Below are positions 21,901-32,140 of a DNA stretch of 64,000 bases, piece by piece. The position numbers were made by a program, and so were the translations under genes. The DNA lies in NCBI GenBank assembly GCA_013239625.1, contig MU053934.1:4606399-4670398 (forward strand), read 5' to 3'. Origin of the DNA: Lama guanicoe (Eukaryota). The notes under the pieces are model-generated. The model ran no database searches. It had not been told where the DNA came from and saw nothing but the letters and a program-made list of their open reading frames with translations. Position 1 is the stretch's first letter. Each line of letters begins with the position of its first letter.

Positions 21901-24660
21901 CTCTGGCTGCTGTGCGCCAGGGACCTTACCCGCCCGTTGCCTTTTGTCCTCATTAACAGCCCTTTTACAGAAAGGGAAACTGAGGCCCTTGGAGGAAGAG
22001 ACCAAGGTAGGGCATGTGGCGGGTGGGGGAGAGACTCTTCACTTTCTACCTTTTAAATTCTGAAGTCATGTTGCCCAGGAAGCGAGGTGATTGTCTTTCG
22101 TCCTCACTCCCAGTGCTGCTTAGTGTCAAGACCATCGTTTTCCAGGGACTGCATTTCTTTCTCTTTTTTCGAACAAGCCAGCCCTAGCAGTCAGGCATCC
22201 ATGGATGGATTTGTTCTCCCACGAACACTGGGGTCACTGGACTTCTCTAGCTTGTTATTGCAGCCATATTTGTGTTGGGCCAGCTTCAACAAGAAGCATA
22301 CTTATCCCCTTGGATCGAAGCATCTTTGGAAGCCAGGCAGTAACCCTTTCACTGAGGCAACTCAGCACTTGTTTCTCTTCCTGCTTTGAGCACCGGCAGT
22401 GCTTTGCTGCCTAGAGGAGGCCCCTGCCTGGCCTGGTAGAGTCTCTGCCACAGATACTCTTTTGCTGTCCCCAGGGGCAGAGGGCCAAGCAGGGAGAACC
22501 AGGCCGGGCTGCCACCTGCCTCCTCAGGCCCTGATCCCCCCACCCCAGGGCTCCCCTCTCAGCCGTTCCCTGTGGCCCACCACTCTCTTCCTCCCAAAGC
22601 CGCAGGAGGACGTGTGTACCCTGTATCTGTGCCTTACTCGAGTGCCCAGAGCACCAGCAAGACCAGTGTGACCCTGTCCCTCGTCATGCCCTCCCAGGGC
22701 CAGCTGGTCAACGGGGCCCACAGTGCTTCCACCCTGGATGAAGCCACTCCCACCCTCACCAAGTAAGCGCTCACTCCCTCCCCCAGCCTTTCTCAGGCCT
22801 GCTTCCTGGGGACAGCCCTTGGTACTTGGACAGGAGTGGCCACGAGGCCACATTCTATAGTTGAGTAATCTTGAATGAGATGCCCTGAGGTCTTATTCCT
22901 CTCAAATTCCCCAACTCCATTCCCGGAAGGACGGGGCTTGCCTCCCTAGACGCAGGGACAGGAAGAGGCAGCGCAGGTTCCAGCAGCTCCCTGAAGCTAA
23001 CCGGCGAGGCCTGGAGGCTAGGGGCATGGCTGGGGCGGTGTGGACAGTGGCCTGGAGGAGACAGCCTGCTGCTCATTTTTTCTTGCAGGTCCCACTTACT
23101 TGTTTTCATTTAATGGGAAGGTTCTCCTCTTGTTCTTTTCTTTCCTCCTGTCTTGGAGTGTGTGATTTGGGTGGCCTCCTGATGCATCCGTGCTTGTGGG
23201 ACATTGTTTGGCCTGTACTGACTTGTGAGAGGCAGTGCTCTCTGACTAAAGTGTCCGATTTTAGCTTTGAAGTGAGTTCTCTAGTTTCAGGCGGGGCTTG
23301 TGGAGGGGGGCAGGGGGTCTGGAGCCTGGGGGTGGGACAGGCCTGCCCCTTCCTCTCGGCAGACCTGCCTGACAGGTCTGATGTCCACCCCACCCCCTCC
23401 ACTTCTGTGGAATGTATACCCCCCTCCACCCCATCACATCAGGGGACCCGGATCTGGTTTCCACATTCCAGCTCTGCACAGAATAATAGAAATGCCACAC
23501 CCAGCCCACTCAGGATGTGGCCAATTGGAAGGGTCACCAGGAAAGGAGTAGTGCTGGCTGCTGGCGCGGGAAGGGGGTGGCTGGCTTTCCTTCTCCCTGC
23601 CCCCAGGCTGCTGCTGCAACCAGCACTATGGGCTGGAGGGGCCTGCCGGGCGGCTGGGCAATGGGCATCCTGAGCGCAGTAGGGGTGGCCTCTCCACACC
23701 CCTGCAGGGCTGCCCAGGGGAGCCACCAGCTATGTCCACAAAGGCAGGGTATGAGAGTGACTGTCCCAGACCAGGCAGGAGAACCTGCCATCCTTCTGTG
23801 CCTCTAGCTCCCTGGGTCCCTAAATAGTCCCTTCCCTCCATCCCACATCTGAGCCTTATTTGCTCCCCCACCCCCACCCTGGGCTGGACCGGTGCTAAGG
23901 GCTGGACAGTGCGGGGAGTTTGCAGGATGGTGGGCTAGCAGGTAATTCCTGGATGTTACATGCTCTGTGGTAGAAGGTGGGTGCCCAGGGAGCTCTGAGA
24001 ACATGGGGGGGCCTGTCCCCATGTAGCCGGTAAGAGGAGAATGAGGAGGAGGGCGGAAGGAGGTTTTCTGGGAGAAGAGCCCTTTCCTGCCTGGGATGAG
24101 TGGGGTTTGGACTAGGATGGATTCCGAGAGGCTAGGATGGATGACTTCCAGCTCAGTGCTGGTGGCACGTCTGTGTCCTACACAGTGGCCGCTAGCCACG
24201 CATGATTATAGAGCACTGAAGCGAGCAGTCCATTTTAGTTAATTCTAGTTAATTTAAATAGTCACATATAGCCAGGGCTTCAAAAATACATTTGACTTTT
24301 CATCTGCCCCTAAGAACATCTGGCTGGGCTGGCTCCTGTGGTCCCCTTTATCAGAGAGGCCGGTAGCCTGAGGGGCTGGCTGAGGCAGGCGCCTCTATGT
24401 CCCCAGGCCAGACGCCAAGGCCTGTGACTGACTCGCCCTGTTGTGCCCACAGCCAGAGCCCGACCCTGACCCTGCAGTCCACCAACACACACACGCAGAG
24501 CAGCAGCTCCAGCTCGGACGGGGGCCTCTTCCGATCCCGGCCCCCCCACTCACTCCCACCCGGCGAGGACGGCCGGGTCGAGCCCTACGTGGACTTTGCT
24601 GAGTTCTACCGCCTCTGGAGCGTGGACCACGGCGAGCAGAGCGCGGTGACAGCGCCCTAG
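1655..24660 (+). CDS. TAB1: TAB1 (TGF-beta-activated kinase 1/MAP3K7-binding protein 1), spliced CDS of 11 exons, 504 aa
   Basis: Exons 33+137+154+87+139+114+112+145+223+163+208 = 1515 nt join in frame with GT-AG boundaries; MAAQRRSLLQSEQQPSWTDDLP...PYVDFAEFYRLWSVDHGEQSAVTAP* matches TAB1 (PP2C-like pseudophosphatase domain, p38-docking and TAK1-binding tail). Confidence 0.98.
2065..2275 (-). mobile_element. MIR SINE
   Basis: Core ttttacagatgaggaaattgaggcacagagagg...cccaaggccacacagctggtaagtggcagag. Confidence 0.85.
4090..4860 (-). mobile_element. LINE-2 remnant
   Basis: ccctgccctcatgaagcttatgttctagt...gggagacag and later purine-rich L2-like blocks. Confidence 0.7.
7745..8135 (-). mobile_element. 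Old L1 ORF2 fragment
   Basis: gctattgactttttgtgttgattttctatcctgc...tgcaaatagagata...cttgtctgattgca matches antisense L1 RT region. Confidence 0.7.
9340..9725 (+). mobile_element. LINE-2 3' fragment
   Basis: cctcaggatctttgcatatgctg...ctctgcctggaa...gtaaatatttgttgagtgaa. Confidence 0.75.
10187..10382 (-). mobile_element. Young 5'-truncated L1 3' end (camelid type) nested in old L1
   Basis: Poly-T then tattgagttatagtcagtttacaatg...atttccctgtgctatacag; flanked by a 19-bp TSD. Confidence 0.8.
11693..11942 (+). mobile_element. L1MA/MB-like 3' end with A-tail nested in old L1
   Basis: gtggttgccagggg...tttaataggtatagagtttcagttttacaagatgaaaagagtt...tgtacacttaaaaatg, then A-rich tail. Confidence 0.75.
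12882..12910 (+). repeat. (GT)14 microsatellite
   Basis: Direct reading. Confidence 0.95.
13250..13410. mobile_element. MER5A-like hAT-Charlie fossil
   Basis: cagtttctcaa...ttctgatt...gggtggggcctggagatctg...tttttaccagttcccagg. Confidence 0.55.
13771..13907 (+). CDS. TAB1: TAB1 exon 2 (EQQPSWTDDLPLCHLSGVG...NWLKFR)
   Basis: Acceptor tccttcccAG, donor GTGAGA at 13908; 137 nt. Confidence 0.97.
14286..14439 (+). CDS. TAB1: TAB1 exon 3 (SENNCFLYGVFNGYDGNRV...RRVLLQ)
   Basis: Acceptor ctctgtcAG, donor GTACTG at 14440; 154 nt. Confidence 0.97.
15402..15488 (+). CDS. TAB1: TAB1 exon 4 (AFDVVERSFLESIDDALAEKASLQSQLPE)
   Basis: Acceptor tctgcccccAG, donor GTACTC at 15489; 87 nt. Confidence 0.97.
15987..16125 (+). 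CDS. TAB1: TAB1 exon 5 (AVPQHQLPPQYQKIL...LYVANVG)
   Basis: Acceptor gccttctAG, donor GTGAGT at 16126; 139 nt. Confidence 0.97.
16620..16890 (-). mobile_element. Ancient L1M 3' fragment
   Basis: aatgaaccctcacgtgcccagcc...gcaaacccagacacc...tctgtaaatatt. Confidence 0.5.
17053..17166 (+). CDS. TAB1: TAB1 exon 6 (TNRALLCKSTVDGLQV...FRLSQLG)
   Basis: Acceptor tctgctgcAG, donor GTGAGT at 17167; 114 nt. Confidence 0.97.
17282..17490 (+). mobile_element. MIR SINE (TAB1 intron 6)
   Basis: gggttgaatcccaactctg...ctgtgcctcagtttcccca...gttgtaaggattaaa. Confidence 0.85.
17822..17933 (+). CDS. TAB1: TAB1 exon 7 (LDAGKIKQVGVICGQESTRRIGDYKVKYGYTDIDLL)
   Basis: Acceptor ccctttggtAG, donor GTAGGT at 17934; 112 nt. 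Confidence 0.97.
18350..18575 (-). mobile_element. MIR SINE (TAB1 intron 7)
   Basis: ccctgtgaggtaggtactgttattgcccc...acttgaactccagcag...cttaaccac. Confidence 0.7.
19674..19818 (+). CDS. TAB1: TAB1 exon 8 (AAKSKPIIAEPEV...LMSEGLYKALEAAHGPGQANQ)
   Basis: Acceptor tcttcccacAG, donor GTGAGC at 19819; 145 nt. Confidence 0.97.
21385..21607 (+). CDS. TAB1: TAB1 exon 9 (EIAAMIDTEFAKQ...HEDMTLLVRNFGYPLGEMSQPAPAPAP)
   Basis: Acceptor ctgcccccAG, donor GTACGT at 21608; 223 nt. Confidence 0.97.
22600..22762 (+). CDS. TAB1: TAB1 exon 10 (AAGGRVYPVSVPYSS...VTLSLVMP...EATPTLT), p38-alpha docking region
   Basis: Acceptor ctcccaaAG (alternative CAG 6 nt downstream), donor GTAAGC at 22763; 163 nt. Confidence 0.92.
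24185..24278. mobile_element. MER3-like hAT fossil fragment
   Basis: ctagccac...gagcactgaa...ttaatttaaatagtcacatatagc. Confidence 0.45.
24453..24660 (+). CDS. TAB1: TAB1 exon 11 coding part (QSPTLTLQS...PYVDFAEFYRLWSVDHGEQSAVTAP*), TAK1-binding tail
   Basis: Acceptor gtgcccacAG; TAG stop at 24658-24660. Confidence 0.97.
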
Positions 24661-26300
24661 GTGGCCAGGGGTGCAGCCCAAGCAAGGCCTTGCCTGGGGG
24701 CGGGGGCCGGCTCCTTAGGATAGGCCTTGTGCCGTCTGCCTATGCCGCGGGGGCCGGTGGGGGCCCAGGCCTCTGTCTGCATGGTACTCTCACCCCACAG
24801 CCCTTGGTGCTGTGGGGAACGTTCTCTCAGCGCCGGTGCAGACCCGGTCCCTCGTCACTACAACTGCACAGGGGGCCAGAGGCACCCCCCAGGCAGCCTC
24901 AGCCAAGACCATCACCGGTTCTTAGAATGAGGGGCACAAGCACACTGGCCCTTGAGCCCACCCAGTGGGGCTGAACGTGAAGACGTTCTCCTGTGACCCT
25001 GCATGCGACAGGCCCACAGCCACTGCTTTCTCAAGGCCTCCCACTTCCCACTACCGCCTCCCCTGGAAGAGCCTGTGGCCACGGCTAGTGTCCTCCTCAG
25101 CACTGGCCGGTGGTTTCTTCCTTTCTTCTCCATCCTCGAGAGTGGAACTCCAGTTGGTCTCTGCACCTTTGAAACCTGCACCCTTCCCTGGGCCCTGGGT
25201 TTAGGGGGACTGGGATGGCTGCAGAGGGGGAGTCAGGTGGAGAGAAACTGGAGGGAACCAGTCCCCGAGGGGCAGTGGTCCTGGAGCCTACCCCGGGGGT
25301 AGGCCAGACAGCGCCGGGCTTCCCCAGAGTCGGGTGGAGGAGACATGTCGGGGCAGGGGCTGCTTTTGTCAGGCTCCTCCAGGAGCGGGGAGGCCCTGAG
25401 TCGGGGCGAGCTGGCTCTGCCTTGCTTTGTACTGGAGCTGGGGACGGCCCCAGATTGGGGAGCCACTAAGATTGCAGTCCTTAGAGACTCAGTCTCTGCC
25501 GGCCTCAGGGTAACAAACAGGTCTTAGGTCAGGCCTGGGAGCTCGTTGTAAACAGAGAATAGAGGGAAATGATTCCAAAAGGAAAGAGGTTCTTGGAGAC
25601 CAGCCGCTCTGGTGGCTGATGTGCTTTGGAGATGTGCACTGTTTTTACAGACGGTTAGGGGCGGGATCAGGCCAGCCCAGGCCTTGAGTTAGCCCACTTC
25701 ACGTGTGTTCTCTGCCTTCAGTGGGGAGGGGCGCTGCCAGCGCTGTCAGCTGGAATTGCCCTTCCTATTTTCAGAGGAGGAAGCAGGTCCAGGAGACTCA
25801 GAACTTCCCCAAGTCACACAGTGGTGGAATAGAACTCAAACATTTTGTCACTCTCTGAGGCCCTCCTGGATTCTTACCACCCCCAGCCTCCTGCCCCAGG
25901 ATGATGCCCCAGACACAGCTCACCAGGGACTGGCCGTTGTGTGCAGCCTCCAATGTGCTTGGACTCTGAAAAGTCAAAGGCCAGTTCTAAGGCCCCTGGT
26001 CGCTCTGTGGTCCAGGAATATGTTTTCCTAGTGCTGTGCCAGGGAGAGGCCGGGTTCTGAGGGGAGCTGAGGCACAAGCAGAGGAAAAGCAGATCTTAGT
26101 AGAGGGCCCTGCTCCCCCTCTGCTACAAAGCCATCTCCGTTGTACAGGTGAGCAGATCTAAAGTCAGTCACAGAGGCTTGGGATTGGGAACAAAGGGAAT
26201 TCTCTTCCAAGAATGTCTCTGTGATGCTGTTTGGTCTCCAGAAATAGAATTACTTTTTTACCATCGTAAAGAAAGAATAAATGGTGGTATTAATACGTCG
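24661..26300 (+). other. TAB1: TAB1 3' UTR (~1.6 kb; end approximate)
   Basis: From the stop codon to just past the first downstream AATAAA I could find. Confidence 0.7.
26276..26281 (+). terminator. Polyadenylation signal AATAAA of TAB1
   Basis: gaaagAATAAAtgg followed by GT/T-rich sequence. Confidence 0.75.
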
Positions 26301-28124
26301 TGATGTTAACAGTGCTTTTACTCCTGTCTCGTGTAACTCTCACGACGGCCCTGGGAGGTGGATGCCTCCTCCTGTCCTGCTCAGCAGCAGGAAGTACCAG
26401 CCCACCAGGCCAGGGAGCGGTGCAGCTGGGCGTGCACCCTGGCCTCCTGACTAGACCCAGTGCTGCCGTCTCCCAGCCCGAGGGGAGAGCACTGGCTTGT
26501 CTGGCATCCTTCCAGGTCCCTACGCATCTGGAGAGGGTGGTAGTTCCCTCCTGCTGTGGGCCAGGTCCTCCAGGCCCGTGGGCAGTGGCTGGGCTGTGGA
26601 GCAGCCCCTACTCTTCCTGACTGAGCCCAGGTTCTGGCGTGTGAGTAGAGGTGTGGCTTCGGGTCAGCAAGACATAGTTCTCACACTCTCCCTGGTTAGT
26701 GGATGTTGAAAAGGTTCCTTGGCTTCATTTTGGTTTTGTTTGCGTGGAGGACATGCCATGAATACTATTTCACAAAGTGAACTGCTTCATAGGACTTAAG
26801 GGCTCATCGCTCTAACACTACAGAGTCATGTATAATGAAGGCTCCCCTGGAGCCTCGTCCATAGCAGGTGCTATTTGCCACTTCCCCTAGGAGCCCAGAC
26901 GTTGGGGTGTGGGGGTGATTCCTGCCTCTTCTCAGCGAAGCCCAGATGGAGGTTGTCAGCCAGGGTCCTGAACATTTCTTCCAACAAGGGCATCTTTCAT
27001 GACTCTTCTTTCTGGGTCCTCTGCTTTGAAACCAAAGGACATAGATTCCTGCCAATCCCGAAGGGCTCGGCATGAGCACGTGCTTTGTTCCCATGCAGAG
27101 GTGATGTCAGCCCGGAGCAAAGATGGGCATTTCCACGAGCCTGGGCGGCTTCCTCAAGGAAGACAGTGTCTGGCGGTGGCTTTGAGGAGTATTGACACCA
27201 GTTCATGGGCTCCGTTCCTGCCTCCGAGACCCCCTGCCTTCATGCTGCGTGGACCAGCTGTCTTGTCCAGCCCCTTCTCCCCCTGTTCTCCCAGGTCACA
27301 CAGTGGCCAGGATGGGCCTCAGAGCCCCTGCCTGTTTCCACACCCTTCCTGATCAAGCTCCTGCACTTGTCGCTTCAGCAAAGTGCTGACCTTAAGATCC
27401 TTCTGCAGCTCCAGCCTCCTGCCTCCTGGCACCTGCTGTGTTGGAGTCGTTTGTGTGCTTGCTCGTTCCTCCCTAGACCCTCTCCTCCAGTCATCTCAAT
27501 AGCCCAGCCTCTGGGCAGGGTTTAAGAAACTTCAGATGAACATGAACAGACAGTAGGCCAACTGCCCAGAGAAGAGCTTCTGGAACTTTCCTACAGGAAA
27601 CATCTTAACCCAACAGAAAACTACTCCCACCCAGTACCCTTAAGAGTTTGGGCATTTGTAAGAAATGAGATACTTCATAACTTATTTTGAATATTTAGGT
27701 GAATTCTGCTGTCAAATCCATAATATCTCATTCATTTTAGTAGACAAGCAATTTTTTTTCCAAAAACAACATTTTAAATGACTTATTATCAAGTAAATTG
27801 ATGCTTCAGGAAGTGCTCCATTGTCAGTCCTGTAGGTGTGTAAACCTCAGCACATCGCAGGGAACCTAGCAGGTCCCAGGCTGAGGGGCCCAGGTGACCC
27901 TAGGAAATAACTTGCTGACGAGCTGCTGTGTGCTAGTTGGGAACTTGTAAGATGTTAACTCCTGGGGTTAACTCCACATGGTGGCCGCTGCCCACCCCGC
28001 CCAGTGCAACCAGGCAGGGATTTGTGTTCACTGGTCCTGTAGTTAGTCCCCACTTTAAAGATGAAGAAGTAAATTACAGACAAGTGAAGAGGTTTGGGCA
28101 GAATGATCAGGAGACAGACTTCTT

Positions 28125-28258
28125 TTCCCTTCTTTCTTTTTTAAAAAATTTATTTACCTATCTATCTAAATGGAGGTGCTGGGAATTGAACCCAGGACCT
28201 TGTGCATGCTAAGCATGTGCTTTACCACTGAGCTATACTCATCGCCCTCCCAGACCCC
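28125..28258 (-). mobile_element. tRNA-derived SINE (camelid Vic-1-like) with 17-bp TSD
   Basis: Reverse complement gtatagctcagtggtaaagcacatgcttagcatgcacaaggtcctgggttcaattcccagcacctcc plus A-rich tail; TSD caggagacaga(c/t)ttctt at 28108-28124 and 28259-28275. Confidence 0.85.
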
Positions 28259-28729
28259 CAGGAGACAGATTTCTTGGGATCAAAAAGAACTTTCCAATAG
28301 CACATGAGTTGTTGAATGTTGGAAAGGGCTGCCTATGGATGGTGGGAGCATCCCGTCATTACCGTGTGTGAGCAGAGGCTGCTCCTCTTGACATCAGATG
28401 GAGTGGGGAGGACTGAGCTGCAGGCCCCAGCCTGGGTGCACTTCAGAGAGAGGCAATGAAGACGTTGTCAAAAATGCAGATTCCTTGGCCGCACGCTGGA
28501 CTCACAAATCAAAACCTCCAGAGAGGCCCCAGAGAGGAATCTCGCAACACCAGGTGCTGCTGGAGTTCTTGACTAAAGGCCGAGTTGAATGGCTTCTGCC
28601 TTCCTGTCCCCTCCATGTGGCCTTCCGTGGTTTGGTGCTTCTGTGAGTCCTACCTCCGTGTGCCCAACGGGCCTTGGATGAGGCCCAAAAGCTCTCTGAT
28701 CCCTGTCTCATTTCCAAAAGCAAAGCAAC

Positions 28730-28925
28730 TATCATTTAATGAGTTGAAATGATGTACCAGGCACGTACTTGACGTGAGATCTCATGTAACAGTTAACAGC
28801 TCAGCAAGGAACAGATGTTAGTGACCCCCACTGTAAAGATTAGGAAACAAAGACTCAGAGATAAGCCCGGTGCCCAAGATCACACAGGAAGGAGCAGGAG
28901 TTTGAACTTAGGACTTTTCTCTGTG
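28730..28925 (-). mobile_element. MIR SINE
   Basis: aggaaacaaagactcagaga...tgcccaagatcacacag...ggagtttgaac. Confidence 0.65.
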
Positions 28926-28950
28926 CCCCACCATGTTTCCTCGTGATTTT

Positions 28951-29041
28951 CAAAGGCCCTTCTAGGCCTCAGAGGTGGGAATTGACAGTGATCTCTTAAC
29001 ATTAGTTTAGCCTCCAAGGACATCCTGACTCCCTGGTGTAG
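28951..29041 (+). pseudogene. TAB1: Degenerate counterpart of the TAB1-beta alternative terminal exon
   Basis: Reads (K)GPSRPQRWELTVIS*H*FSLQG, similar to the recalled human beta tail KDPSRPASDLTAIPQCQLNLLG; the expected acceptor position reads CAA. Confidence 0.6.
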
Positions 29042-30469
29042 GAGAACCTTCTTAGCAGAGAGTGGGGCTGGGAGGAAAGTTAGGCAGTGGTGGGGGTGGT
29101 AGGGGGGGTGCTGGTGCCTCCTCCCCAGGAGGTCCCAACCCCTGAGGCTCTGTTGTACCTAATGAGGTCGGTCCTGCCACGTGGGGACCAGCAGGGCCTC
29201 AGTACCCTTTAGTGGGGTGGCCTACAGTTGAGTTCCCAGTCCCAGACTTCCTGAACTTCCCAGCACTCCTGGGGTCTGAGACCCAGGAAGAGGATCTGAG
29301 AAGAGTTCAAAAGCAGGTAGGAGGCGACCCAGGGATGAAAGCAGAGTGACGTCCCCTGGCTCTTGGCACTCATCGTCTCCAAGCTTCTGCCGGCCGTGTC
29401 TTCTCCCCGGCGTGCCCTTCCTGTCTAGGAGCAAAGCATGCTGAGCACCTGGCCGCGTGCAGTCCGCGCTGGGGGCTGTGAGTGGAAGGGTGCAGAGAGA
29501 GGAGGGGGTCCGATGACTCAGTTAAGACTCACTCTGGAGGGGAAGATAAACCAGCAGCGCCTGGAGTTCCAGCCAGAACTGGCCCTGAGACCCAGGCTGA
29601 GGGGGAGACCCCTTCCAGCTGGGGGTTTGGAAGCTTCCCAGAGTGGGGGCTGGAATACTTCTGAAGGCTCTGGGCTTCTCGGGACTTCCAGGCTAGCCGT
29701 GTCCTGACAACTTTGCTAAAGATGGCAGATTGAATACATGTGCCACATTTCTTCCCCTCCTGCAACCATGTGAAGACGACAGAAAAGAATTCCTTTTCTT
29801 TTTCTTTTTTTAAAGGTATAAATCCACAAGGATAGTGCAAGCAGGATAGGAAACAACTCAGTGCACCTTTGAAGCTGAATAGTAAAGTGGCAGCCGACTT
29901 AGAGACTCAGAAAAGCCACATGCCATGTGAGCAGGTGGCTGCTGGGCCCCAGTGTGATTTACCCCACAGAACCGCCAAGGGCTCAGTCCAAGCTGGCAGC
30001 CCCCAAGTGGGAGTCGTAGGGGGCAGTGAAATAAGGAGCAGTCAGACCCCCAACTCCCCTCCCAGGATTGCTAGGTAGTCACCTTTCCCGACCCCAGCAG
30101 AAAACCAGGGTCATTCTCTGACAACAGGAAGCCCAGGGTCCCTGGCCTGGAGATAGGAGCATTGTACTAAAATCAGGGAGCCGAGAGTCTGGGGCTTCTG
30201 AATCTGGGGTCTCCGCCTTGTCCCCAGTCCTGCTCCCAGCGGCAGCCAGCCCTTTACCTTCCAGGCAGGACATTTAAGGGTCCTCTCTGAAGAACTGAAT
30301 CCTCCCAAGAACAAAGTCCTAAAAATACTGACATTGGGGGAGGGGTGTCCCTAGCAAGTGCTCCCAAACCTCCCTTCAGTGAGCTCAAGTGTCTGTCCTA
30401 ACACCCTGGGAAGCAACTGACTCTTCGACAATGGGTATCTAGGACTTTGGTAAACAAGATGAATGTTAA

Positions 30470-31040
30470 AAAGACAAAGAGAACCAGCCATTACCATAGA
30501 ACCCAGCAATTCCACTCCCAGGAAGTGAAAACATGTCCATGCAGAATTTATACACAAGTTTTCCGTAGCAGCATTACTCATAATAGCCAAAAGGTGGGAA
30601 CAATTCACATGTCCCTTGGTGGATGGATGGATAAATGATGGTGGTCTATGCGTACAATGGAATATTATTTGGCCATAAAAAAGAACAAAGGACTGATATA
30701 TTCTATAAAATGGATGAACCTTGAAAACATTATGCCCAGCAAAGGAAGAAAGACAGTAGATCACATGTTGTATAATTCCATGTATATGAAATGTCCGGGA
30801 TAAGCAGATCCATAGAGACAGAAAGCAGATTAGTGGTTGCCAGGGGCTGGGGGAGGAGAGAATAAGGAGCAATTACTTAGTGGATACGGGGCGTTTTTCT
30901 GGGGTGATAAGAAAGTCTGAAACTAGAGAGAGGTGGTGGTTTCACAAGGCTATGAATACACCACGTGCCACTTGGAATTGTACACTTTAAAATGGTTAAT
31001 GTATGTTAATGTGAACTTTACCTCAATTAAAAATAAACAA
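30470..31040 (+). mobile_element. L1MB-like 3' end
   Basis: cccagcaattccactcccagg...ggatggataaa...gaaagcagattagtggttgccagggg...tgtacactttaaaatgg...aataaa. Confidence 0.8.
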
Positions 31041-31152
31041 AGAGGAGAAACAGCCAAGGCTTCCGAGCTCCAGGCAGCTCCTCTACACTTGGAAAGCACC
31101 TGGATTAACCTGTGAGGGTTATGTTTCCAATAGAGAATTCAAACCACAAACA

Positions 31153-31430
31153 CAGTGCTAGATTCCCTAGTGGTCCCACTCAAGAAGTGAAAAGATACAA
31201 GGGAAATTCATTTTAATGCTCTACTTTCTTTAACCCAATATAGCCCAAATATTATCACTTCAACATGTGATCAATATAAAAATCACTAATAAGATTGCTC
31301 TTTCATACTAAGTCTTTGAAACATGGGTGTTTTTTACCTGCTCAGAGCATTGCCAGGCAGGCCAGCCATTCTCCTGCCCTTTGCGGCCCCTCGTGGCACC
31401 TGGTCACCTCACAGGACAGTGTAGCTCTAG
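31153..31430. mobile_element. MER33-like hAT-Charlie fossil
   Basis: ttaacccaatatagcccaaatattatcacttcaacatgtgatcaatataaaa...catactaagtctttgaaa. Confidence 0.6.
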
Positions 31431-31559
31431 AGAGTCTCAAACTGGAGTCTTGGAACACAATCTGCAGAGTATGAGAGTTTTAAAATTTAGTGAGTTTTGA
31501 GCCTATGAATTAAAAACAAATTGGCTGTAATCTTATTTAGGATCATCTGAACAATCGCC

Positions 31560-32140
31560 TAAAAATAAGTCCTAAATTAAACATAGAATTACCATATGAT
31601 CCAGCAATTCATTTCTGGGTATACGTCCAAGAGAATAGGAACCAGGGATTCGTATATTTATACACTGATGTTCACAGCAGCATTATTCACAGTAGCAAAA
31701 AGGTGAAAACAACCCACGGATGGATGAAATGCCCACCAGTGGATGAATGGATAAGCAAAATGTATTGTATCCTTACAATGGGCTATTATTCAGCTGTAAA
31801 ACACTGAAATGCTGACACATATGACAACATGCGGACCTTGAGGACATTTATACTAAGAGAAATAAGCCAGTCACAAAAAGACAAATACTGTATGATTCAC
31901 TCACGCTTGGTACCTAGAGGAGTCAAATTCATTGAGACAGAAAGTAGAATGATTAGAATGCTGGGGGCTGGCAGGGGAAGGGGAGTCCGTGTTTAACGTG
32001 GACAGAGTTTCAGTCTGGGAAGGTGAAGTTCAGGATGGTGGATGGTGGTGGTGGTTGTACAACAGTGTGAATGTACTTCAAATGGCCAAAATGGTAAATT
32101 TTATGTTACATATATTTTACCGCAATTTAAAAAAAAAAAA
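31560..32140 (+). mobile_element. L1MB-like 3' end with poly-A tail
   Basis: aaattaaacatagaattaccatatgatccagcaatt...ataagccagtcacaaaaagacaaatactgtatgattc...A-tract at 32129-32140. Confidence 0.85.

Noticed and set aside
27465..27525. Acceptor-like site giving KPSPPVISIAQPLGRV* as a TAB1-beta exon
   Set aside because: No resemblance to the recalled beta tail; 28951-29041 fits better
27640..27810. AT-rich patch with AGTAAA as a distal poly(A) site
   Set aside because: Variant hexamer only; cannot be supported without 3'-end data
28170..28240. tRNA-like sequence
   Set aside because: Has an A-rich tail and TSD, so it is a SINE rather than a tRNA gene
29690..30430. Possible old L1 5' region (gacttcc...aagatggcag)
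   Set aside because: Too diverged to assign without a Dfam search
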